From positions 8,226 through 72,225 of the forward strand of contig DATDVZ010000006.1 in NCBI GenBank assembly GCA_036517475.1: DNA of 64,000 nucleotides. The letters run 5' to 3'. The notes below the pieces were generated by a model. The model was not told the DNA's origin. It saw only the letters and a program-made list of their open reading frames with translations, and made no database searches. This stretch comes from Minisyncoccota bacterium. Its GTDB lineage: Bacteria; Patescibacteriota; Minisyncoccia; Phycocordibacterales; Zambryskibacteraceae. Numbering within the stretch: the stretch's first letter is position 1; each line of letters begins with the position of its first letter. A program made the position numbers and the translations under genes. Shown piece after piece: positions 39,381 through 50,028 of this stretch.

Positions 39381-40520
39381 TTATCTCGTTTCTATGAATT
39401 TATCATAAAGAACTCTGTAGATTCCGCCGAGAGCCACAAGAAGCAACCCATATTTTAGAATTGGGCCAATATAAGGAATGTAGCTAAAAATAATTGTAAT
39501 AATTACTCCGATAATGATCGTTTTCCAGTTTACAACAATGGCCTCATCTATTTTAAATAAGTGGTACAAAAGAGAACCTGTAACCACGGGTGCGTAAACA
39601 TAGGCAAATACTAGAACTAGAGTATATAGAGCAATACCCAAAAGCCCAAACGGAATGCCAATAAAAGTCAAAAATACAAGAACTATTAGGATGGGAACAG
39701 CGATAACAAAAATAAATCCACGCAAAAGAGAATGCCAGAAATGATGAATTGATTGGGATACGAATCGTGTAGAAATATTTCGGAAGAACCCGTGCAAAAT
39801 AAGAGCAGAAAGAAGAAGTATTGCAAAGTGAATAAGTCCCCAAGTACCCCAGACTGTGGGAAGGATTTTTTCTAATCGCGATTGCGCTTTAATCGGTTTT
39901 ACTATTATCTCCCCTCCGATTTGGGCACCTTCTTGAATTTGCGGGCTATTGCGGGAAGAATAGGAAAAATTTCCACTAATTTGTGCCTGTGGCCCGAGCA
40001 CAATATTGTTTGCTGTTATATCCGCATCTTGACCGATTTCAGCGTTTATATAAACATGGCCGCCGCCGATTTTTACTTTACCCGAAACAGCGCCATTTAT
40101 TACAACTCTTCCAGACTGTGCAATAAAGTCTCTACCGATTTTTGCTTCCGGTAAAATCTGGATTTCCTGCGCAAGAACTACCAAGTCTTTCCCGGTCTCG
40201 CCGCCAAAATAAGTTTTAGCTCCGATCAAACGCAAATCGCCTTTAATTTTGCTAAAAACATTTGCGTTGGCTCCAATTATAAATGCATCCTCTGAAACAG
40301 ATCCTGATGAAAAAACATTCAAACCGAGAGTTATTAAATCTCCCATGACTTCTCCTGAGATTGCAGAGTTATTTCCAAATGCGTAAAAATCATCATTGAC
40401 AACAGTCTCTTTCTGTAAAGACACGTTCTTGGCCACACTGATTTCACCGGCAAATATAAAAGCCGGTGCCAAAAAAAACATAACTAAAAGCAAAAGTGGA
40501 GCTCTGTAAGACTTAATCAT
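39381..40520 (-). CDS. Bactofilin-like beta-helix protein with C-terminal membrane domain
   Basis: Repeated G.V.GD units followed by several TMs. Confidence 0.75.
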   Translation of the reverse strand: MIKSYRAPLLLLVMFFLAPAFIFAGEISVAKNVSLQKETVVNDDFYAFGNNSAISGEVMGDLITLGLNVFSSGSVSEDAFIIGANANVFSKIKGDLRLIGAKTYFGGETGKDLVVLAQEIQILPEAKIGRDFIAQSGRVVINGAVSGKVKIGGGHVYINAEIGQDADITANNIVLGPQAQISGNFSYSSRNSPQIQEGAQIGGEIIVKPIKAQSRLEKILPTVWGTWGLIHFAILLLSALILHGFFRNISTRFVSQSIHHFWHSLLRGFIFVIAVPILIVLVFLTFIGIPFGLLGIALYTLVLVFAYVYAPVVTGSLLYHLFKIDEAIVVNWKTIIIGVIITIIFSYIPYIGPILKYGLLLVALGGIYRVLYDKFIETR

Positions 40521-40568
40521 TTTTTTATATACTCATATAATACTTATATTATTAATTCAAACAATGAT

Positions 40569-40925
40569 ATGGAAATATTAGAAATTTTGGGCAGATTGAT
40601 CTTTGGCGGATTCTTTTTCTTCTCGGGGTTAGAGCATTTCAGAAATCTTGACGGCATGCAAGCGTATGCTAAATCAAAAGGAGTCCCATCTTCCAAGTGG
40701 GCAATCATTCTAACTGGTGCCTTGATAGTAATTGGGGGCTTGGGGGTTGCTTTCAATATTTATACAAGTTTATCAGCTAAACTCATAGCAATTTTTCTTG
40801 CTCTCATTACACCCCAAATGCATGCATACTGGAAAGAGAGTGATCCGCAAAGAAAAGCTTCTGAAAAAATAAACTTTTGGAAAAATATCGCCCTTTTGGG
40901 AGCCGCCCTTATAGTTTCTTTTTAA
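40569..40925 (+). CDS. DoxX family membrane protein
   Basis: GRLIFGGFF..SG..HF; H.YW; F.KNIALLGAAL. Confidence 0.85.
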   Translation: MEILEILGRLIFGGFFFFSGLEHFRNLDGMQAYAKSKGVPSSKWAIILTGALIVIGGLGVAFNIYTSLSAKLIAIFLALITPQMHAYWKESDPQRKASEKINFWKNIALLGAALIVSF

Positions 40926-41022
40926 ATTTACAAGGTATTGACAAATATTTATATTAGTATATACTATTAGCAAATAGTTACTCCCCTGCAAGACAAACTC
41001 CCGACCTGAAAGGTGGTGAAAA

Positions 41023-41178
41023 GTGAGTTTTTTGGCGAAGCGCGAGAAAGGCCTGCTCAAGCAGGTTGGCCTCATCATGTTCGGCGGCGGCCTCAATGCC
41101 CGCCACTGGATCGACGAGGCCAAGAAGGCTGGCTACTACGTCCTCATCTGCGACGGCCGAGCGGAGCTCTATCGTTAG
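41023..41178 (+). CDS. High-GC 51-aa protein (frame not in track)
   Basis: GTG start after AAGGTGGTGA; MSFLAKREKGLLKQVGLIMFGGGLNARHWIDEAKKAGYYVLICDGRAELYR; GC3-biased; promoter 40938-40965; terminator near 41245-41291. Confidence 0.6.
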   Translation: MSFLAKREKGLLKQVGLIMFGGGLNARHWIDEAKKAGYYVLICDGRAELYR

Positions 41179-41293
41179 CCCGCTCCAAACTCTGAGGAGC
41201 CTGAAAGGAGACTGAAATGACTGGCTTCCTGTAACTACGTGTAAAAGACCGCCCATGTCCGTTGAAAACGGAATGGAGCGGTCTTTTTTTTAA

Positions 41294-41707
41294 CTATCTT
41301 CTGCCGTCTAAACCGAGGTAATTGCCGGCCTGGCCGGCAATCAATGTCAGCAGTGCTGTGATGTAGATAATGTGCTCGTCAATTATATAAGCATGCTCGC
41401 CTGCCAGAGGAAAATTAAGTGACGGAAAATAATATAGAGCCATAAAAACAATGCCGGCAATAGATGCGTATCGAACCCAAAAACCTAATATTAAAAGCAC
41501 GCCCACAACAAGAAGTCCCCATTCATTTATGAAATTGACCCAGCCAATATTGGCGGGCAGAGCAAACCATGCGTAAAGTGATTTGAAAGTTTGGGCTCCT
41601 TTGAGAAAACCTGCGGCAGTCCACTCTGGATTTAAAATTTTTGAAAGACCTGCGTAGGCAAAATAAAAACCGAGTGATAATCTAAGAAGTAAAAGTGAAT
41701 ATTTCAT
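41294..41707 (-). CDS. DoxX/DoxD-like membrane protein
   Basis: LLRLSLG.YF.YAG..K; GVLLILG. Confidence 0.8.
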   Translation of the reverse strand: MKYSLLLLRLSLGFYFAYAGLSKILNPEWTAAGFLKGAQTFKSLYAWFALPANIGWVNFINEWGLLVVGVLLILGFWVRYASIAGIVFMALYYFPSLNFPLAGEHAYIIDEHIIYITALLTLIAGQAGNYLGLDGRR

Positions 41708-41902
41708 GGGGTTATTTTGATTGGCAACCAATAATTATTAATTATAACTTTTATGCCATTCAACTTATCCACCTTTAAAATTGTTCTTAAAAACTTAAGT
41801 ATTTATAATTTTTCAGTGAATTTTTCAAACATGGATTTAACATGTTATTTACAAAGGGTGGATTTTATGATATTGAGTAAATAGAAAACTAAGGGGGTAT
41901 CT

Positions 41903-42739
41903 GTGACAAATTTACATCGCCTGCCGATAACTTGGCAATTTAAGGACAGTATACAAGGTAAACAAGCATTTGACAGAGCAATTAATGAAGAAATTGACGG
42001 TTTTGTCTTGAACAATGAAGATCCATCTGTAATCCGCAATCTTTTGGGATTAATCTTTAACAGCAGTAGCCGAAGTCTGCATTTCATTTCCAAGCCGGAA
42101 AAAGTACTTGCTATTGCAAGCGGAGGAGACTGCCTGCTTTTAGGGATTCTGCCCTATGTTGCCAATGTTGTGGCAGTTGATCTCGGTTACGCATCAATTG
42201 CCGCAACGGCAGTGAAAGCGGCTCTTCTTAGAAGATACCAGACAACTTACATCAAGCAGCAGATTCTCAAACTGTGGCAAGATTTCAGAGAAGCAGTTGA
42301 CGAAGAGCTCATTGAGGCAGTGCCTCAGGAAATCCGCGCTAGAGGATTTGACTCATACAACTCCATCTTCACTTCATATAGTGAAGAAAGAGTCTATAGC
42401 GACTTTGATGGGATAAAGATAGTTTGGTGCTCTACTCCCGACTGGGTGTATGAGAAAGCAAGGATGAATCTTGGAGGACTGCAACTTGAACATGGCTCTC
42501 TCAATAGCCAGAGAGTAGCTGTTGATCTAGTATATGCATCAAACATCTGCGATCTGCGATGGACGGGAAGATTGAGATTTCCTTTTATGCCTTTGCAGTT
42601 ATTGAGGAATCTGCGATATGGGGGATACCTTCTTGTTTCAAATCCCATCTCACCTATCCGACGATTTGGAACGGAATTAGTAGCCCAACTGCCGGACAAC
42701 GGCTGTTGGACTTACGCACTATATAAGAAAGTGAGATGA
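41903..42739 (+). CDS. DUF3419/BtaA-like SAM-binding protein (divergent)
   Basis: NED near N-terminus, VLAIASGGD, VVAVDL, DLVYASNI. Confidence 0.6.
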   Translation: MTNLHRLPITWQFKDSIQGKQAFDRAINEEIDGFVLNNEDPSVIRNLLGLIFNSSSRSLHFISKPEKVLAIASGGDCLLLGILPYVANVVAVDLGYASIAATAVKAALLRRYQTTYIKQQILKLWQDFREAVDEELIEAVPQEIRARGFDSYNSIFTSYSEERVYSDFDGIKIVWCSTPDWVYEKARMNLGGLQLEHGSLNSQRVAVDLVYASNICDLRWTGRLRFPFMPLQLLRNLRYGGYLLVSNPISPIRRFGTELVAQLPDNGCWTYALYKKVR

Positions 42740-42792
42740 GACGACAAAGGCTCCGAATATTGGAGCCTTTTAATTTAATAGACTATCTACAC

Positions 42793-42828
42793 AAACATTC
42801 CAACATTCTGCAGAATGTTGGAATGTTT
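42793..42828. repeat. 36-bp perfect palindrome, family copy 2
   Basis: AAACATTCCAACATTCTG|CAGAATGTTGGAATGTTT. Confidence 0.9.
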
Positions 42829-42856
42829 TTTCTTGATTTTGAAAAATTTTAAAAGA

Positions 42857-44161
42857 TTAAAGTGAAGAAGCTTGGAGAACTTTTTCAGGGTGCAACCCTG
42901 AAGGATCGGCATGACCGACACCAAGTGCTTCTCCTGCAGCCATCAGGCCGTCACGAATTGCGCTCCAAGTTGAGCCCGGATGAGATTTGATAAAGAGAGC
43001 GGCGGCACCGGCTACATGGGGTGTTGCCATACTTGTGCCGCTTATTGTTGCGAAGCCCCCACTTTTCCATGTTGAATAAATACTTACACCCGGAGCACCG
43101 ATATCTACTACAAAACCAAAGTTGCTGAACGTTGCAAATGTGTCATCTGGTCCGTAAGAAGTTGCGGGGCCACCGCCGCCCGCAATACCATTGGAATCAG
43201 CCAGAGCTGACACAGTAATCACAGCATCATCATATGCTGCCGGCACGAAACTAGATGCATTCGCTCCAGAATTTCCAGCCGCAACTACAAATGTAACTCC
43301 GGCATCGCGGGCTCGGCAGATTGCCTTGTGCAGGGCATCATTGTTGGAATTGCCACAATTGTTATCACTTAAACCTCCGCCACCCAAACTCATATTGGCA
43401 ACTTTGATTCCAAGGGTTGCGGCATTTGCGGTTACCCAATCAATTCCACAAATTACGCTTGACCATGTCCCCCCGCCGCTTTTATTTAAAACTTTAACTG
43501 CGAAAAGTTTTGCCTGCGGAGCAACTCCTACAACTCCTGAGCCATTATCCAAAGCTGCAATGGTACCGGCAACATGAGTCCCGTGACCATTGTCATCGTT
43601 TGCGTTTTTCTTTCCAAAAATACAGCTTTTATTCTGGCTTGCAATGTTTGTTTTGAGATCCGGATGAGTAAGATCAATACCTGTATCAATGACTGCAACT
43701 CCTACTCCTGCTCCCTTATTAGTTGTTGATTCTGCAAAAATTCTTGAAATCCCTGTGGGAGTTGTTTGTGATTGTATTATTATAGCTCCCCCTCCCCTTG
43801 CGTTGGATCTTGCATTTGACTCTGCTCTCGCTTCTTGCCTTGTCTCTCTGGCTTGGTCAATACTTACATAATGATCTTCGCTTATGAATTCAACTCTCGG
43901 GTCATTCTTGAGAGCTTCCAATTTGTCTTCACTCAATCTTGCTGAAAACCCCTTGATAGCTCTTGAGTACCTCATTTCAGCTTCAAAACCATGCCTTGAC
44001 CTCAATTCATCTGTAATGTTATCAGTATTTGTAACACTATTTTTAAAGACAATAATATACTGTTCGGGCACAATATCAGACCTACCTGATTGTGCATTTA
44101 CAGATGCGACTGCAAGCCCGCTAAACAATACCAAAAGCACAAAAGATATAATTTTTTTCAT
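42857..44161 (-). CDS. Secreted subtilisin-family (S8) protease with I9 propeptide
   Basis: Signal peptide; VIDTGI, HGTHVAG, GTSMATPHVAG catalytic triad. Confidence 0.95.
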   Translation of the reverse strand: MKKIISFVLLVLFSGLAVASVNAQSGRSDIVPEQYIIVFKNSVTNTDNITDELRSRHGFEAEMRYSRAIKGFSARLSEDKLEALKNDPRVEFISEDHYVSIDQARETRQEARAESNARSNARGGGAIIIQSQTTPTGISRIFAESTTNKGAGVGVAVIDTGIDLTHPDLKTNIASQNKSCIFGKKNANDDNGHGTHVAGTIAALDNGSGVVGVAPQAKLFAVKVLNKSGGGTWSSVICGIDWVTANAATLGIKVANMSLGGGGLSDNNCGNSNNDALHKAICRARDAGVTFVVAAGNSGANASSFVPAAYDDAVITVSALADSNGIAGGGGPATSYGPDDTFATFSNFGFVVDIGAPGVSIYSTWKSGGFATISGTSMATPHVAGAAALFIKSHPGSTWSAIRDGLMAAGEALGVGHADPSGLHPEKVLQASSL

Positions 44162-44198
44162 AAATGCACTATATCCCAATGGTGTGTACTGTCAATAT

Positions 44199-44269
44199 CT
44201 GCGGAGCTTGGGATCGAACCAAGATTCACGCTTTCAGAGAGCGTTTGCCTACCATTAGCAGACTCCGCA
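44199..44269 (-). tRNA. tRNA-Gln(CTG)
   Basis: Acceptor TGCGGAG/CTCCGCA, anticodon arm ACGCT-CTCTGAA-AGCGT, GGTTCGATCC. Confidence 0.9.
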
Positions 44270-44429
44270 ATAACGGCAAAACTATACCAAATTGGCCATT
44301 CTTTTCAATTTTTTTTGAGCAAATATACATGGGAGGATAATTACCATGATTAAATAATTGACTTAAAATTTTATTTATGCAGGAATATAAAAAGATTGTT
44401 AATTAAAACTTGATAAAAAGGAGGAACGG

Positions 44430-46298
44430 ATGAAGACAAATTTTGGTTTTCTAACAGAAATGCGTTGGATTTTGTTTGAAAGAGTTCTGAAGACTATCGA
44501 AACTGCGCAAACAGGGCATATTGGAGCTTGTTGTTCAAGTCTTGATCTCATGACTGTTCTGTATTTCGGCGATATTCTACGTTATGACAGTGCCAACCCT
44601 CGTCATCCATTGCGTGATTATGTACTTAATCGCGGCCACCTTGGCCCCCTTAAGTACAACATCTTCAATCTGCTCGGCTGGATGGAACAAGAAGAAATGT
44701 CGCAATACCGCCAGTATGGATCACGTCTCGCTGGCCATGAGGACATGAAGCTTACTCCTGGAGTTGATATTACACCCAACGGCAGTCTTGGTATGACACT
44801 CTCGTATGCAGTCGGTGCAGCAATTGGCTGGCAAGATGCTGAAATGGAAAACAGGGTATTCTGTTTTCTGGGAGACGGAGAGGAACAAGAAGGAAATGTT
44901 TCGGAAGCTGCTAGACATGCAGCACATCTCGGTCTCAGAGGTATTATTGCAGTGATTGACCGTAATGGCGGTCAATTATCAACTCGTCTCCCAACAACAG
45001 ATAGCAGAGTGGATCTTCATAAACTTTGGGAGGGTTATGGCTGGCAAGTGATTGATTTGCAAGATGGTCATGACCTTATCCAAATACATGATGCATATAT
45101 CAGAGCATGTGAAGCTTGTGAAAATGGTCCGGTAGTTATCATAGCAAAAACAATCAAAGGAAATGGCATTCCTGGTTGCCAAGATGACTATTGCGGCTTC
45201 CATGTTTTTCATAATTCAGAACCTGGTGAAACAGTAAAAGTGATTGACTTAAATGGCGCTTTCAATTCAATCCCTCAAGAATACAAGGGTTTAGTAAATC
45301 CGGATCTGCCAGTAAAAAGGCTTCCGCCTTTTATTGGCGGAAGCAAAGATGCGACAATCAAGGTTAAAATAGCGAAAGACAAAGAAGTAACAATTCAATA
45401 TGATGTTGAACTCAATATTATATTGGAACTTGAACGACTGCTCGGAGATAGACTTTACGTTTTAACTTCAGACTATCCGCCCAGAGCTTTCGTCTATGGA
45501 AGCGGTAATGTGCTTCTGAAAACTTCTCATTATTACAATGTCGGGCTTCGAGAACAGCACATGACTGCAATGATCCAAGGTCTCTCTACTGTGAGAAACG
45601 ATGCTCTTGTCGTTGTCCTTTGTGGAGATGCTTTCATTTATCGTCACATGGACCAGATAAATATGCTCGCTCAAGCACATACGCGAGTAATATTCTATTC
45701 CGTCCAGGGTGGACTTTCTGGAGCAAAAAACGGTTCAACTCATGAATCTTCCGGTCAGTCAGGCGCTCTTGTCACTATGCCCGGAGTACTAGCTGAAGAA
45801 CCCTGTTCAGCCGAAGACCTCATAGAATCAACTAACCGAGCCTTGGCATTTCAAGGTCCAATATATATCCGCATGCAGAAACAGAATGTGCCTTGGAAAT
45901 TGGACGGCAGAAGGTGTGACGGTTTTGAAGTGTTGTCATATTCAAGTTCTGCTGTTGGTACGATCATCTCTGCGGGGATGATTACTCTTGAAACCATCAA
46001 GGCGCAAAGAATGTTGGTAAGAGAAGGTAAAATCTGGAATTTGATCAATGTAACCTGTCTTTCTAAGGTTTTATGGATCGGTGACCTGATACTTCCTGGG
46101 AAACCACTTCTTCTTTATTACAACGGTAACTCTAGGGTTCTTCTAGTTTCAATGGCTGAAGAACTTTTACGAGTAAATCCTCCTCCATCAAGTGTTGGGT
46201 GCCATGGTTTTGAATATGGAACCACTGGATCAATCCCTGAGCTCCTTAGACACTTCGAACTTGATGCGCTCTCTATAATGAGACGCTGTATCGCGTGA
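44430..46298 (+). CDS. Divergent fused transketolase / DXS-like TPP enzyme
   Basis: TGHIG, RD.VLNRGH, LAGH, LGDGEEQEG, IDRN, GLREQH, NGSTH; SD AGGAGG. Confidence 0.85.
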   Translation: MKTNFGFLTEMRWILFERVLKTIETAQTGHIGACCSSLDLMTVLYFGDILRYDSANPRHPLRDYVLNRGHLGPLKYNIFNLLGWMEQEEMSQYRQYGSRLAGHEDMKLTPGVDITPNGSLGMTLSYAVGAAIGWQDAEMENRVFCFLGDGEEQEGNVSEAARHAAHLGLRGIIAVIDRNGGQLSTRLPTTDSRVDLHKLWEGYGWQVIDLQDGHDLIQIHDAYIRACEACENGPVVIIAKTIKGNGIPGCQDDYCGFHVFHNSEPGETVKVIDLNGAFNSIPQEYKGLVNPDLPVKRLPPFIGGSKDATIKVKIAKDKEVTIQYDVELNIILELERLLGDRLYVLTSDYPPRAFVYGSGNVLLKTSHYYNVGLREQHMTAMIQGLSTVRNDALVVVLCGDAFIYRHMDQINMLAQAHTRVIFYSVQGGLSGAKNGSTHESSGQSGALVTMPGVLAEEPCSAEDLIESTNRALAFQGPIYIRMQKQNVPWKLDGRRCDGFEVLSYSSSAVGTIISAGMITLETIKAQRMLVREGKIWNLINVTCLSKVLWIGDLILPGKPLLLYYNGNSRVLLVSMAEELLRVNPPPSSVGCHGFEYGTTGSIPELLRHFELDALSIMRRCIA

Positions 46299-46357
46299 GC
46301 AATCATCGCATTTGGGAAACCAAATGCGATTTTTTTAAAAGAAGTTATAATCATAAA

Positions 46358-46879
46358 ATGAAATTACTACTCTTAAGCGGGAATTCGATTTCAAATAAAA
46401 AATGGATTGAAGAAGTTGGACAGATACTTAATCCACTATTTGATGAAATAAAGATTCATTACTATAAGCATTGGGAAACGGGTGAGGAGATTATTGATCT
46501 TGATTCGGAACTTTCAACCCTAACTGCAGAAATTAATGAATGGAAGGACTATATGATCTTCGCTAAGTCTGCCGGTTGTCTTTTAACATTAAAAGGAATT
46601 TATGAAAAAAAAATTCATCCACTGAAATGTGTGTTTGTCGGTGCAGCCATTGATTGGGGCAAAGAAAGGCAATTTTTAGTCGGAGATTGGTTAAAAAATT
46701 ATAATACTACGACTTTTTTTATTCAGAAGACCAATGATCCAGTTATTTCCTTTAAAAATTTAAAAAAAATACTGGAGGATTTAGATGTTAAAAATTATTC
46801 ACTGAAAGAAATTCCTGGAAACGACCACAATTATCTTGACCTTGAATTTTTACGGCAAGTCATAGAAAATTTTAAATAA
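46358..46879 (+). CDS. Small alpha/beta-hydrolase-like protein
   Basis: LLSGNS, AKSAG nucleophile elbow, DP, DH.Y. Confidence 0.7.
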   Translation: MKLLLLSGNSISNKKWIEEVGQILNPLFDEIKIHYYKHWETGEEIIDLDSELSTLTAEINEWKDYMIFAKSAGCLLTLKGIYEKKIHPLKCVFVGAAIDWGKERQFLVGDWLKNYNTTTFFIQKTNDPVISFKNLKKILEDLDVKNYSLKEIPGNDHNYLDLEFLRQVIENFK

Positions 46880-46911
46880 TTAATTCAATAATATTCACTT
46901 ATAATTAACTC

Positions 46912-47214
46912 ATGGAAAGCTACAACAAATTAGTAAGAGATGGAATTCCTCAAATTCTTGATGAAAAAGGTATTCCTTATGAGAGAAGAACCGCTACTCC
47001 TGAAGAATATCGACTGGAATTGATCAAAAAACTTCTTGAGGAAGCAGCCGAGTTAGCGACATCAGGAACACCAGAAGAACTAGCTGATGTTATTGAAGTA
47101 ATTGAGGCACTTAAGAAACTGCCGGAATTTGCTGAAGTGGAAGCGATAAGAGCAAGGAAGCTGCAAGAACGGGGCGGTTTTGAGGAAAGAATAATACTTA
47201 AGGGGGAAAAATGA
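46912..47214 (+). CDS. MazG/HisE-like NTP pyrophosphohydrolase
   Basis: YNKLVRD.IP, KLLEEA.E, EELADV.EV, K..ERGGF. Confidence 0.88.
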   Translation: MESYNKLVRDGIPQILDEKGIPYERRTATPEEYRLELIKKLLEEAAELATSGTPEELADVIEVIEALKKLPEFAEVEAIRARKLQERGGFEERIILKGEK

Positions 47215-47295
47215 TTAAAAAAAGATTGAAGAAAAATAGGTTTCATTCAATTTATATTAATCTTGTAGCTGAAACTACTTAGATATAATAGAGGG

Positions 47296-49947
47296 ATGGA
47301 AAAATTGTGGCATGCAGCATCTCTAGAAAAGGTTTTTGGCCTGCTTGAAAGCAAGAAAGAGGGTCTTTCGGAAATTGAGGCGCAAAAGAGAATTAAAAAA
47401 TATGGGCATAATACCTTACCGGAAGAAAAACCATACTCAAGATTAAGGCTATTTTTAAGCCAATTTGAAAGTCCGCTTGTTCTCATTCTCGCTGTTGCCG
47501 GCGGAGTATCTCTTTATTTAGGGCATTATTCTGACTCCATTTTCATAATTATTGTTTTGCTTATCAACACTACTGTTGGTTTTTACCAGGAAAATAAAGC
47601 CAATTCATCCCTTCTGGCGCTCAAAAAAATGGTTAAAATCAGCGCCAGAGTTTTCCGCGACGGAAACCTCAAAGAAATTGACAGCTCCGATCTCGTGCCC
47701 GGAGATATTGTAACTTTGAATGCCGGAGACAAGGTGCCTTGCGACGGAAGAATAATTGAAAGTAAAGATTTAAAAATTGATGAGTCAACTCTTACCGGAG
47801 AATGGCTCGCCGTCAAAAAATCAGCTGGAGAAACAGACGAGAAAACAGTGCTTGCGGATAGAAGCAATATGGTTTATCTCTCCACCATTGTTGAGAGTGG
47901 CGAGGCTCTGATTATCGTAACTCAAACAGGTAGACGTGCAGCAATAGGAAAAATAGTTTTGCTTTTGCGGGATACCAAAGAGAGAAAAACTCCCCTTCAG
48001 AAGCAAATCGCATTTCTGTCAAAAGTAGTCGGGCTTTTCATAATTATCATTGTCAGTTTTGTGGTTATTGTCGGCTCATTTGGCAATGAGACATTTGTTG
48101 ATATCTTCATTACCTCTCTTGCTCTAGCCGTATCAGCCACACCTGCGGGACTCTTGCCGGCGGTTACAGTAATTTTGGTTTTTGGCATGCGGCGAGTATT
48201 GGAACAAAACGGACTTGTTCGTAAACTTGCCGCCAATGAAACTCTTGGCGCCATAACAGTAATCTGCACTGATAAAACCGGCACACTTACAGAAGGTAAA
48301 ATGCAGGTAAGCCATATCATGACCGGAACACGCGAGCTTTTAAATGACAGCGGCTTATCAAAACATGTAAAAGACAGTAATGGTCTTGAGGCCCATATTA
48401 TTGCGCTTAAAATCGCCACTTTGGGGAGTGATGCGTTTGTTGAAAATCCGGAAGATGAATTCCATGAATGGATCGTCCGGGGCAAGCCGACAGACCGCGC
48501 CCTTTTGATTGCTGGAATGCATGCAGGGTTGAACAAAAAAGAGCTTGATCAAAATTATCGGTTATTGGAGAAAATTAATTTTAATTCCGATGCCAAATAT
48601 TCCGCTTCATTGCGCATGCATGATGGACAAAAACTCCTATTCGTTCTCGGGGCGCCGGAAGTTGTAATAGAGCGCTCACAAGAAATTTATCTTGACGGCA
48701 GACGAGAAAAACTTGATTCAAGAGAATTTATTGAGCTTAACGAAAAATTAATTACTTTAACATCACAGGGTCTAAGAGTTGTGGCAGCGGCAATGAAGGA
48801 AGTCAGAGAGGACGGCAATGAATTAAGTGAGATGGTAAATAAACTTACACTGGTCGGATTTATCGCGCTAAAAGATCCTCTGCGTAAAGATGCTAAGCAT
48901 TCAATTATTACCGCCAAAGAAGCCGGTATTAGAGTTGTGATTATTACCGGAGACCACGCACTAACGGCAAAATCAGTAGCAAACGAGATCGGAATCCCGG
49001 CTGATAAAGAAAATATTCTGGAAGGAAAAGAGTTGGAAGAGTTGTCGTCCGCAGAGTTAAGAGAAAAATGCAGGAATGTTTCAATTTTTGCCCGTGTTGC
49101 ACCGAATCACAAACTGCAGATCATTGATGCTTTGCAAAAAAACGGAGAGATTGTGGCAATGATAGGAGACGGCATCAATGACACTCCGGCGCTTAAAATG
49201 GCTGATGTCGGGGTCTGCCTCGGCTCGGGAAGCGATATTGCCAAGGAAGTGTCCGACGTCGTCCTTCTTGATGATAATTTCAAAACCGTTATCAAGGCAA
49301 TAGAGCAAGGCAGAGTTATTTTCCAAAATATCCGTAAAGTTTTTGTTTATCTTGTTGCTGATGATTTTTCAGAGCTTTTTTTATTTTTGATGGCAATGGT
49401 TCTGGGTTTGCCCTTGCCTTTGCTTGCAGCTCAAATTCTTTGGATAAATTTGGTAGAGGACGGTTTTCCAGCTGTAGCTCTCACCACAGAACAAGAAACG
49501 AAAGGAGTTATGGAAGAAAAACCAAGAAATCCAAAGGAAGGAATATTAAACAAACCGATGAAAAATTGGATGGCTTCTATTTTCTTCATCACTGGAATAG
49601 CCGCGTTTATGACATTTTTTATATTGTTGAAGTTAACTGGAGATTTGGAAAGAACCCGCTCTGTCGTTTTTGCTCTGATGGCTCTTGATTCGCTCGTATT
49701 CGCTTTCAGCGTCCGCTCACTCAAGCGTTCAATTTTCAGAACAGATATTTTTTCAAACACTCTGCTCGTGGGAGGCGCCTTTATTGGGTTAATTCTTCTT
49801 TTTGCCGCACTGTATTTACCAATGCTTCAGAAAATTCTTCATACGCATCCTCTAATCTGGAGCGAATGGGCGGTAATCGTCTCCGTAAGCTTAATTGAAA
49901 TTTTATTTATAGAGTGGTTTAAAAAAAGAAACTTTTCACCGCAGTAG
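47296..49947 (+). CDS. P-type cation-transporting ATPase (type II-like)
   Basis: LTGE, DKTGTLT, ITGD, GDGIND.PAL. Confidence 0.95.
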   Translation: MEKLWHAASLEKVFGLLESKKEGLSEIEAQKRIKKYGHNTLPEEKPYSRLRLFLSQFESPLVLILAVAGGVSLYLGHYSDSIFIIIVLLINTTVGFYQENKANSSLLALKKMVKISARVFRDGNLKEIDSSDLVPGDIVTLNAGDKVPCDGRIIESKDLKIDESTLTGEWLAVKKSAGETDEKTVLADRSNMVYLSTIVESGEALIIVTQTGRRAAIGKIVLLLRDTKERKTPLQKQIAFLSKVVGLFIIIIVSFVVIVGSFGNETFVDIFITSLALAVSATPAGLLPAVTVILVFGMRRVLEQNGLVRKLAANETLGAITVICTDKTGTLTEGKMQVSHIMTGTRELLNDSGLSKHVKDSNGLEAHIIALKIATLGSDAFVENPEDEFHEWIVRGKPTDRALLIAGMHAGLNKKELDQNYRLLEKINFNSDAKYSASLRMHDGQKLLFVLGAPEVVIERSQEIYLDGRREKLDSREFIELNEKLITLTSQGLRVVAAAMKEVREDGNELSEMVNKLTLVGFIALKDPLRKDAKHSIITAKEAGIRVVIITGDHALTAKSVANEIGIPADKENILEGKELEELSSAELREKCRNVSIFARVAPNHKLQIIDALQKNGEIVAMIGDGINDTPALKMADVGVCLGSGSDIAKEVSDVVLLDDNFKTVIKAIEQGRVIFQNIRKVFVYLVADDFSELFLFLMAMVLGLPLPLLAAQILWINLVEDGFPAVALTTEQETKGVMEEKPRNPKEGILNKPMKNWMASIFFITGIAAFMTFFILLKLTGDLERTRSVVFALMALDSLVFAFSVRSLKRSIFRTDIFSNTLLVGGAFIGLILLFAALYLPMLQKILHTHPLIWSEWAVIVSVSLIEILFIEWFKKRNFSPQ

Positions 49948-50028
49948 AAAATTTAAGTTGATTAAGCATATAGACTGTGATAGTACTGAAACAGAAACAT
50001 CAACAACTTTCCCCCTAAGGAGCATTAA

